Shown: piece after piece, positions 18,926-26,562 of the stretch
How the letters are laid out: every line of letters begins with the position of its first letter
Position numbering within the stretch: position 1 is the first letter of the stretch
Source: an archaeon
GTDB lineage: Archaea; Micrarchaeota; Micrarchaeia; CAILAH01
Direction: 5' to 3'
Assembly (NCBI GenBank): GCA_024274875.1
Contig: JAJSAH010000020.1
Location: forward strand, 3,897-67,896
Length of the DNA stretch: 64,000 bases
Position numbers and translations under genes: made by a program
Notes under the pieces: generated by a model
Told to the model about the DNA's origin: nothing
Seen by the model: only the letters and a program-made list of their open reading frames with translations
The model's database searches: none

Positions 18926-19175
18926 GGGCCCGTGGCTCAACTTGGATAGAGCGGCTGGCTTCGGACTCAGGGATGAAACCAGCAGGTTGCGGGTTCAAAA
19001 CGAGGGCGCTTCCGCCCCTCGTGCTCCCAGGTAATTTCGCTAACGCGAAATGAAAAAGGGAAACTAACGAGGGCGCTTCCGCCCCTCGTGCTCCCAGGTA
19101 ATTTCGCTAACGCGAAATGAAATAGGGAAACTAACGAGGGCGCTTCCGCCCCTCATGAAAATCCCGTCGGGCCCG
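18926..19175 (+). tRNA. tRNA-Arg(TCG) with two introns (37/38: 18965-18977; 59/60: 19000-19161)
   Basis: Acceptor GGGCCCG/CGGGCCC, D arm GCTC/GAGC, anticodon stem GCTGG/CCAGC with TCG at 18961-18963, T stem GCGGG/CCCGT; the TTCAAAT loop is restored on removing the 162-nt insert; discriminator G, no encoded CCA. Confidence 0.9.
18999..19154 (+). repeat. 67-nt tandem repeat (2 full copies plus a 22-nt partial) inside the tRNA T-loop intron
   Basis: Copies start at 18999, 19066 and 19133; the full copies differ by one base (tgaaaaaggg vs tgaaataggg). Confidence 0.95.
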
Positions 19176-19241
19176 TTCCTTATTTGTTCGCGATTCCGCA
19201 AATATTTATATAATAACCTTTCCTAAAATCTATGTGGTTTT

Positions 19242-19811
19242 ATGAATGAAACCAAAAAACTTATAGAACGAAATGGTGTTAAGCTATTTTTGAAGAAAAT
19301 TGCCGGATCATGCGCTCCAACAATTGTTTCAAATCTTGTGAAACCAATAAGCGATGAAGATTTAGCAGAAATGTGCGGCATGCGTTCTGCAGATGTGAGA
19401 ATGATTCTCAACAAACTGCATTATGTTGGGCTTATTGATTACAACAGATCAAAGGATAATGAGAGCGGATGGTATTACTATTCTTGGTTCGTGAGACCAG
19501 ATAAACTGCTTGAAACATACATCAATAGTAAAAAACAAGACCTTGAAGATTTGGAGGAGATGCTGGAGAATAATGAGATTTACACCATGTACATATGCAG
19601 GAAATGCGATCAAACATACGATTTTGATAAAGCTGCTGAGCTCCTGTATCATTGTCCGCTATGCGAATCTATACTTGACAGGGGCACTACTGACGAGGAC
19701 ATACGCAAAATGAAAATGATTGCAAGAAGCATAAAAAAAGAGATAAGCGAAGTAATATCGGCATACGGAAAATTGTCTGAGATTAAGCACAAATCAATGA
19801 AAGTGCTGTAG
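19242..19811 (+). CDS. tfe: Transcription factor E (TFE, alpha)
   Basis: SDEDLAE...VR.ILNKL...GL..Y.R.KD.ESGWYYYSW; Zn ribbon C..C...FDKA....YHCPLC. Confidence 0.92.
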   Translation: MNETKKLIERNGVKLFLKKIAGSCAPTIVSNLVKPISDEDLAEMCGMRSADVRMILNKLHYVGLIDYNRSKDNESGWYYYSWFVRPDKLLETYINSKKQDLEDLEEMLENNEIYTMYICRKCDQTYDFDKAAELLYHCPLCESILDRGTTDEDIRKMKMIARSIKKEISEVISAYGKLSEIKHKSMKVL

Positions 19812-21143
19812 GTGTTTGCATTGGGAAAACGCATCTTAAACAAAAAAAAGAGGCCCATAGAGTTTGCAGCATTTTTGCTCGTCAGCATCGCAGCTGCATA
19901 TCATTCGTTCGTGCACATCGGATATTACTGGACAGTGCTAATACCTAACTTGTTTTTGCTTTACATTACAACAGTATTATTGCTCGTGTATCTCGAAGAT
20001 AAAGACAAGTACGACTATGTTAGCCATGAAAAACTGCTTCCCCCCGTATCAATCATAATTCCATCCTACAACTGCAAAAAAACAATTGGGAAGACAATTC
20101 AATCTATAAAAAACTCGAACTATGCAAATGATATTGAAATAGTTGTGGTTGATGATGGAAGCACAGATGGGACTCGCGAGTTTCTGAAGAACATTAGAGG
20201 CATAAAACTCATAACCAAACAAGTTAATGAAGGAAAAGCTGAGGCGCTCAACTATGGGATACAAAAATGCTCGCATGAGCATGTGTTCTGCATAGATTCT
20301 GACTCGTATGTTGAAAAAAATTCCATAAGAAATATGGTATGCAAAATGCTCAGCGATGACAAATATGGGGCAATCACATGTTTCGTAAAAGTTGCTAATA
20401 ATAATTCACTGCTGGGGAAAGTTCAAGAGATTGAATATTTTGTTGGGTTTGGGTTCTCAGCCATATCGAATTACCTAATAGATGCGGTGTTTGTAACGCC
20501 TGGTCCGCTGACATTGTTCAAGAAATCTGCGGTCATAAAAGTCGGGTTGTTTGATGCTAAGAATATTACCGAAGACCTTGAGATGGCTTGGAGATTGAGA
20601 AAGAACGAATATAAGATTGGATATGTTTATGAGGCCGCGGTATACACGATTGTCCCTGGCACATTCAAAGATTTGTGGAGGCAAAGAATCAGATGGTACC
20701 GCGGAAAACTCTCTAATATAATAAAGCATAAAGATATGTTGTTTAATCCAAAGTACGGGTACTTTGGGATGTTCGTGATGCCGTTCTCGCTTGCAAGCGA
20801 GTTCGCAGCGATGGCAACAGTGTATTTTCTTATGTATGTAATCGGGTACACTATTTACTGGAACATTTTAGCGATTGCATCCTTCTTGGAATTGAACAGC
20901 TTGACTTTATCAAACCTGCTTACAGGAGTTATGGGATCTTCAGCAGGCATGATAATGTTTTTAATTGTTGTAATTCCCTGGATTACAGTGCTGATAATCA
21001 GCCATAAACTTGGCAATAAGAAAATGGGCGTGAAAGACATACCATTCATCTCATTCTTTCTTTTCATATACAGCGTGTTTCTATCTGCTGTTTATGTATA
21101 CAGCCTTTATGAAGAAATATATGGAAGTGATTACTCATGGTAA
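19812..21143 (+). CDS. Processive GT2 glycosyltransferase (PgaC/IcaA/cellulose-synthase-like)
   Basis: IIIPSYN, VDDGSTDGT, GKAEALN, DSD, TED, QRIRW; N- and C-terminal TM helices. Confidence 0.9.
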   Translation: MFALGKRILNKKKRPIEFAAFLLVSIAAAYHSFVHIGYYWTVLIPNLFLLYITTVLLLVYLEDKDKYDYVSHEKLLPPVSIIIPSYNCKKTIGKTIQSIKNSNYANDIEIVVVDDGSTDGTREFLKNIRGIKLITKQVNEGKAEALNYGIQKCSHEHVFCIDSDSYVEKNSIRNMVCKMLSDDKYGAITCFVKVANNNSLLGKVQEIEYFVGFGFSAISNYLIDAVFVTPGPLTLFKKSAVIKVGLFDAKNITEDLEMAWRLRKNEYKIGYVYEAAVYTIVPGTFKDLWRQRIRWYRGKLSNIIKHKDMLFNPKYGYFGMFVMPFSLASEFAAMATVYFLMYVIGYTIYWNILAIASFLELNSLTLSNLLTGVMGSSAGMIMFLIVVIPWITVLIISHKLGNKKMGVKDIPFISFFLFIYSVFLSAVYVYSLYEEIYGSDYSW

Positions 21144-21799
21144 GCAAAAATGTTTTCGTAAAAGCTGCGCTGATAACCGCAATCCTTTTGCTCATATCCA
21201 TAACTATTGGGAGTTATATTGAGGGCAGCGCATACAGCAAATTTGACAAAGAGATTCTTAGGATGAATGAAAACAGCGAAGCAATCCTAATAATGCAATC
21301 ATTCTCAAGCTCGAACGACCCTAAAATATGCAGCATGATAAGCAGCCAAATAGATGCTATTAACTCAGATATATACTCATTCAGATCAGAGCTTGAAAGA
21401 GAGAAAAGCACCAGCATACTGATGAACTATGATGCAATCAAACGCAGATATTTCATCGCAAACGCCCGATTGCTTGCGCTAACTAAACAGTATAACAACA
21501 AATGCAACGGAACAGATGATATTATTTTATTCTTCTACATAAGCGAGAAGGACTGCCCTGAATGTTATGTGCAGGGCAAGGCATTGGATGATGTGAGAAA
21601 CGCATGCAAAAATGCAAAGATATTCTCTTTCCCAATAGATGCTGATATGCAAATAATAAAATCATTCATGGCATATTACGGGATTGAGCATGCGCCAGCC
21701 ATAATCATCGACAAGGAAAATGAGAAGGATATTGCTTACAGAGACCTTGTAAGCGCGCCTGCAATCATGAACAATTTAAATTGCAAGGGGGCTGATTAA
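21137..21799 (+). CDS. Membrane-anchored thioredoxin-fold protein
   Basis: N-terminal TM; ILFFY...CPEC..QG..LD; YGI..APAII; overlaps the GT2 stop. Confidence 0.65.
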   Translation: MVSKNVFVKAALITAILLLISITIGSYIEGSAYSKFDKEILRMNENSEAILIMQSFSSSNDPKICSMISSQIDAINSDIYSFRSELEREKSTSILMNYDAIKRRYFIANARLLALTKQYNNKCNGTDDIILFFYISEKDCPECYVQGKALDDVRNACKNAKIFSFPIDADMQIIKSFMAYYGIEHAPAIIIDKENEKDIAYRDLVSAPAIMNNLNCKGAD

Positions 21800-21801
21800 C
21801 A

Positions 21802-23124
21802 TTGGAGTTTAACCTTGGCAGAAGAATCAGAAAAGCAATATCAACTTTTACAGGGAAGGCGCTGATTGATGAAAAAGCCATAAAAGAGATTGTTAAGGAG
21901 CTTCAAAGAGCGCTCATAAGCGCTGATGTAGATGTGCATTTAGTATTAAAAATCACCAAGGAAATTGAGAAAGATGCGATGGAAATCGAAAAAAGGAGAG
22001 AGCTTGATGCAAGAGAACAAATTGTAAAAATAATATATGATAAACTTGTTGAACTGCTTGGAGAAAGGTACGAACCAGAGATTAGAAAAAAGAAAATACT
22101 TTTGTTAGGGTTATATGGAAGCGGGAAAACCACAACTGCCGCAAAACTTGGAAAATTCTACAAGACGCGAGGACTTAAAGTTACGTTGGTGTGCGCAGAT
22201 GTCGACCGGCCAGCCGCATACGAACAGCTTAAGCAATTGTGCAGCAAAGCAGGTCTTTCATTCTACGGAGAGAAAGATAATAAAAATGCTCGCGAGATTG
22301 TCAAACATGCAATGGAAAAATTGGATGGGTTTGATGTCTTAATTGTTGACTCATCTGGAAGAAGCGGATTGGATGATGTTCTCATAGATGAGTTGAAACA
22401 AATTAATGAAGAGTTGTCTCCTGATGAGAGAATCCTTGTGCTGAGCGCAGATATTGGGCAGGTGGCAGGCAAGCAGGCGAAAGCATTCAACGATAGCGTA
22501 GGGGTAAATGGCATCATAATCACAAAAGCTGATGGGAGCGCAAAGGCCGGCGGCGCATTAAGCGCGGCAAATGCAGCGAACGCAAAAGTGATGTTCATAG
22601 GCACAGGAGAACGCATAGAAGATCTGCGGCCTTATGACAGCAAGAAATATGTGGCAAGGTTGCTCGGATTTCCTGATTTAGAATCATTGATTGAGAAAGT
22701 AAAAAATATCGAGCAAGAGAGCCAAATAGATGCAACGAAGATGATTGGCGAAAAGCTTACAATGAAAACATTCATGGAGCAGTTAAAAGCAGCAAAAAAA
22801 ATGGGGCCATTGAAAGATGTATTCTCTATGATGGGCGCTCCGGATGTTCCAGAGGAGCTGGTTTCGCAAAGTGAAGAGAGAATGAAAAAGTTCGAATCTA
22901 TCATAAATTCTATGACTGAATATGAGCGTGAAAACCCTGATGCAATACGCAAGAGCGCTAGCAGAATCAAGAGGATTGCGCTTGGATCAGGATGCGATGT
23001 GTCTGATGTTAAAGAGCTTCTAAGGCAGTTTGACATGATAAATAAGATGATGCATGGTTTCAAGACAGACAGAGGAATGAGAAAGAGAATTGAAAGAATG
23101 CTTAAGAAGGGATTTAAGTTTTGA
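21802..23124 (+). CDS. ffh: Signal recognition particle protein SRP54
   Basis: GLYGSGKTT, D..RPAA..QL, DSSGR, TKADG.AK.GG; M domain KMGPL, SMT..ER, SRI.RIA.GSG. Confidence 0.96.
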   Translation: MEFNLGRRIRKAISTFTGKALIDEKAIKEIVKELQRALISADVDVHLVLKITKEIEKDAMEIEKRRELDAREQIVKIIYDKLVELLGERYEPEIRKKKILLLGLYGSGKTTTAAKLGKFYKTRGLKVTLVCADVDRPAAYEQLKQLCSKAGLSFYGEKDNKNAREIVKHAMEKLDGFDVLIVDSSGRSGLDDVLIDELKQINEELSPDERILVLSADIGQVAGKQAKAFNDSVGVNGIIITKADGSAKAGGALSAANAANAKVMFIGTGERIEDLRPYDSKKYVARLLGFPDLESLIEKVKNIEQESQIDATKMIGEKLTMKTFMEQLKAAKKMGPLKDVFSMMGAPDVPEELVSQSEERMKKFESIINSMTEYERENPDAIRKSASRIKRIALGSGCDVSDVKELLRQFDMINKMMHGFKTDRGMRKRIERMLKKGFKF

Positions 23125-23616
23125 ATGAGTAATTATATCATGTCAGTTCGGTTCAAGGCATTAGGCAACCGATTAAACTTGCGATTGCGAAACGCTTTCT
23201 CTGCGATGCCTCTCTCAAAAGGGATTGATTCTGCTATGTTCGGGCTCATGAGATACACTATAAGGCATCCTGCCGCAAGGTGGAGGTTGGGCAATTTCCG
23301 AGTAATTAAAAATGAGTTGGATGGAGATTTGAGGATTATCATCATTAAAGGAGAGAAAGTGCAGGAGTATGTGTTCTGCAAGGATGACAGAGGAATCAGC
23401 TACATAATATCATTGCCTAAGATTAGCCTTCATTCGCAGCTCATTGAGGTCCTTGAAGACGCCCTCCATGTTAACATAACATTTCTTAAAGGAGGGATGA
23501 TGGCATTTGATAAGGACGAGATTGCGTTGTATGGGTTTTCTTCAGTGTTTGGCGCGGCGGACCATAGAAAAATTTCGAATATTTTGCGCGCCCACGGGAT
23601 CAAAGCGCATTCATAA
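23125..23616 (+). CDS. Hypothetical protein resembling the Janus/Ocnus (PHPT1 phosphohistidine phosphatase) family
   Basis: YV, H..L and GG......I.LYGFS..FG.ADH motifs in PHPT1 order. Confidence 0.55.
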   Translation: MSNYIMSVRFKALGNRLNLRLRNAFSAMPLSKGIDSAMFGLMRYTIRHPAARWRLGNFRVIKNELDGDLRIIIIKGEKVQEYVFCKDDRGISYIISLPKISLHSQLIEVLEDALHVNITFLKGGMMAFDKDEIALYGFSSVFGAADHRKISNILRAHGIKAHS

Positions 23617-23655
23617 CCGCAAAGTATATATACGACTTCTTCTCTAAAGATATGC

Positions 23656-23994
23656 ATGGTAGCTATTTGCTCATACAAACCTCAAATAGATAAGTGGAAG
23701 CCATCTGTTGCAAAGCCCCGCATACCTCTATGCAGAGGAGCAAGAAGAAGCAATGTAGTTTTTGCTGGCGAACCGTTGGTTGAAAATAAAGTTAATTTAG
23801 CAAGCATAGATAATATGTGCTGGAAAAAATATGGAATAAAAGAGTGGTACAACAAAATATTAAGAAAGGGATGGCCTGGCGTGAAAGGAAAGGTCAGGCT
23901 TGGCAGGCCAGTCGTAAATAAATTTGGGGAGATTATAGTAATCACGCTGAACGATCAAAGAATGCCAAAATGCACTTTGATAGGAAAGGCGTGA
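23656..23994 (+). CDS. Hypothetical basic protein
   Basis: 112-aa ORF preceded by TATA-like gtatatata at about 23623; no family recognised. Confidence 0.45.
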   Translation: MVAICSYKPQIDKWKPSVAKPRIPLCRGARRSNVVFAGEPLVENKVNLASIDNMCWKKYGIKEWYNKILRKGWPGVKGKVRLGRPVVNKFGEIIVITLNDQRMPKCTLIGKA

Positions 23995-24009
23995 TTGCCG
24001 TGGAAAAAT

Positions 24010-25707
24010 TCACAAACGGTAATCAAGAGTAGGATGTTCATGGCCGAGACGCTTGCGTTCTGTTAACTCATCAAGATGCCGGGCTTTTTCTGAAATAAAT
24101 TTGTTCAAATCAACCCCATAACGAAGAATGAGGTTTGATGCATGCTTGCCGCCAAGGAAATGCGGCATGATTACATAGTCCACACCTTCAGAATATAAAT
24201 TAATGGCCTCATCTATCTTGTGCGCTGTCGCTATGAAGATAGTTTTCTTCTTGCGGAGCGTCTTCTTAATATGCCTAGCTATGAAAATGTTGGTTCTCGC
24301 ATCGGGTATCGTTGACACAACCATCTTTGTTTTTGAGAAATTAAGTTCTGATATGAAATCCATATCGCTTGCGTCCCCATAAACAACTGGAATGTTTTTT
24401 TCCTTCAGCATGCTCACTATCTCAGGATCATAATCCACCACTAAACAGGATAACTTCATTTTATCAAAGGATTTCAGCAGGTCATACCCTACTCTATTAT
24501 ACCCAAACAACACAACATCAGGGCCCTTGCCCTTGTGCATTCTCTTACGAGGTTCTCTGGCTTTAAACACCCAAGAATAAATTTTTCTTCCATGCACAAT
24601 TAAGTATGATGATGCTGCAATAGACAGCATGCCAACCGCAGTTGCAATTTCCATTTCGCTGCCGGCAACATATCCTAGCGAGATGCCCAACGCCAAAAGA
24701 ATGAATGAGAACTCGCTGACTTGCGATAAAGATAACCCTGCCAACAGCGCAACCTTCTTGCTGTACCCGCTCAACCTAACCCCTATATAAGTAAATAATA
24801 TCTTGCTCAGCATAGTTACAACCGTTAATGCCGCAATTAACGGAAGAACCTGCATCACGCTACCTATTGAAAGGTGCAAGCCCAATGCAACAAAAAACAT
24901 TATTATGAAGAAATCCCTAAGAGGTTTTATTCGCGCAGAAATTTCATAATGATAAGGAGATGTTGATAAGCTGAGTCCAGCTATCAGGGCGCCTATCTCG
25001 AGACCTATGCCAATTATATTAAACAGCGCAGCCACCACAAAACACCAGCTTATCGTGAACATGAACAACAACTCCTGCGAGCGCGCAATCAATCGCGTGA
25101 ACCTTGGGAGTATGTGAACGCTGAACACATATAGCAAAAATACGATCACGCCCCATTCAATGAATGATGATGTAATATTATCTGGCTGGCTTGCTGGACT
25201 GAGCGAAACTGCAAGCATAAGTGCAAGGACTGCGACTATGTCCTGCACGATGAGTATTCCAAGAGCTGTGCGGCCGTACAACTTATGTATATCTTCATTA
25301 TCAGACAGCAGTTTAACCACTATAACTGTGCTGCTGAATGACAATGCAATCGATAAGAACGCTGCTGGAACAAACGGAATCGCAAAAAGCTGAAGAACCA
25401 TAAAAGTTGCAATTGCAGTTAGCGAAATCTGGAACAATCCAGCAACAAGCGAAACTACGCCCATGCGCCTTATTATGCGCAAATCAAGCTTGATGCCTAC
25501 GATAAACAACAACAGCGCTATCCCTATCTGCGAGAATGCATCTATCGAACTTTGCGAGATGCTCACAGGTCCAAACAACACGGGAATTAGTACTCCTGTA
25601 AGTATGTATGCAATCAATATGGGCTGTTTTAAGAGCCGCGCTATCACAGATAATATCAATGTTAATATTAGGATTAAAGAAATCTCTGCAAAAATTCCTA
25701 TTTCCAT
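24010..25707 (-). CDS. KefB/KefC-like CPA2 antiporter with C-terminal RCK/TrkA-N domain
   Basis: KQP.LIAYI, LLLFIVG, SST...VK, QD, QVSEFSF; GYNRVG, YGDA.D. Confidence 0.92.
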   Translation of the reverse strand: MEIGIFAEISLILILTLILSVIARLLKQPILIAYILTGVLIPVLFGPVSISQSSIDAFSQIGIALLLFIVGIKLDLRIIRRMGVVSLVAGLFQISLTAIATFMVLQLFAIPFVPAAFLSIALSFSSTVIVVKLLSDNEDIHKLYGRTALGILIVQDIVAVLALMLAVSLSPASQPDNITSSFIEWGVIVFLLYVFSVHILPRFTRLIARSQELLFMFTISWCFVVAALFNIIGIGLEIGALIAGLSLSTSPYHYEISARIKPLRDFFIIMFFVALGLHLSIGSVMQVLPLIAALTVVTMLSKILFTYIGVRLSGYSKKVALLAGLSLSQVSEFSFILLALGISLGYVAGSEMEIATAVGMLSIAASSYLIVHGRKIYSWVFKAREPRKRMHKGKGPDVVLFGYNRVGYDLLKSFDKMKLSCLVVDYDPEIVSMLKEKNIPVVYGDASDMDFISELNFSKTKMVVSTIPDARTNIFIARHIKKTLRKKKTIFIATAHKIDEAINLYSEGVDYVIMPHFLGGKHASNLILRYGVDLNKFISEKARHLDELTERKRLGHEHPTLDYRL

Positions 25708-25853
25708 GCAACTATTATCAGTAAAACTTTTATATATGTGAAGGTATAACTTAGTCGGCAATGAAGAGACCACCCCAGAGGAGCAGTCAGATGCTATGAC
25801 TTTCGGAGTAACTTCTGAGCCACATTTTTAAGTTTTAAGGCGTATTCTTGTTC

Positions 25854-26555
25854 ATGGCGCGCAAAAGAATTTGTTCTGGCATAAAAGGGCTGGATGAGAT
25901 GATTGAGAATGGATTTTTGGAAGGGCAGATTATACTGCTTGCAGGCGATGCTGGCGCAGGCAAGACCACATTCGCATCTCAGTTCATATACAACGGTGCT
26001 ATGCAGCATGACCAAAACGGCATGCTCATCAGTTTTGAAGAACCAAAAAAACTGATATATGAAAATATGAAAAGGTATGGATGGGATTTCGAGAAGGCTG
26101 AAAAAGAAGATAAGGTTATGTTCTTAGAGTATCCCACGCAAGATGTTGAGCATTTCCTGTCCCATGAAAACATAATACGCGATTCTATTGAAGAGAATAA
26201 CATAAAACGCGTTGCGATTGATACAATAACAGCATTTGCCCTTATATATGAGACCGAATACAAACGCAGGCAGGAAGTTGCGCGATTGCTTAACAAACTT
26301 AGGAAATGGGGATGCACAATTTTGCTTACTTCAGAATCTCGCGCGATGGATGAAGAGTATCATGTGCGGTTTGGGCTTGATTCGCTTGCTGATGGATTAA
26401 TCTATCTTTACAACATACGAAAGCTTGAAGTTAGGGTGAGAGCGCTTGAAGTGATGAAGCTTAGAGGAACAAAGCATATGCAAAGGATGGTGCCTATGAA
26501 ATTCGCCAAAAACGGACTGGTCGTATTCCCGGAAGAGCATGTGTTCAGCGAATGA
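25854..26555 (+). CDS. Single-domain KaiC/RAD55-family ATPase
   Basis: SGIKGLDEM..GF, GDAGAGKT, SFEE, RVAID, ADG.I.L, RALEV.KLRG. Confidence 0.92.
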   Translation: MARKRICSGIKGLDEMIENGFLEGQIILLAGDAGAGKTTFASQFIYNGAMQHDQNGMLISFEEPKKLIYENMKRYGWDFEKAEKEDKVMFLEYPTQDVEHFLSHENIIRDSIEENNIKRVAIDTITAFALIYETEYKRRQEVARLLNKLRKWGCTILLTSESRAMDEEYHVRFGLDSLADGLIYLYNIRKLEVRVRALEVMKLRGTKHMQRMVPMKFAKNGLVVFPEEHVFSE

Positions 26556-26562
26556 ATAATTA

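Noticed and set aside
18999-19154. Mini CRISPR array (22-nt palindromic repeat three times)
   Set aside because: The two would-be spacers are the same sequence apart from one base, no cas genes are present, and the repeat lies inside a BHB-bounded tRNA intron.
18926-19175. Integrated element or att site splitting the tRNA
   Set aside because: No duplicated tRNA 3' end and no integrase; the insert is only 162 nt and has splice-motif boundaries.
25854-26555. Circadian clock KaiC
   Set aside because: Single ATPase domain with no kaiA or kaiB; fits the general archaeal KaiC/RAD55-like family.
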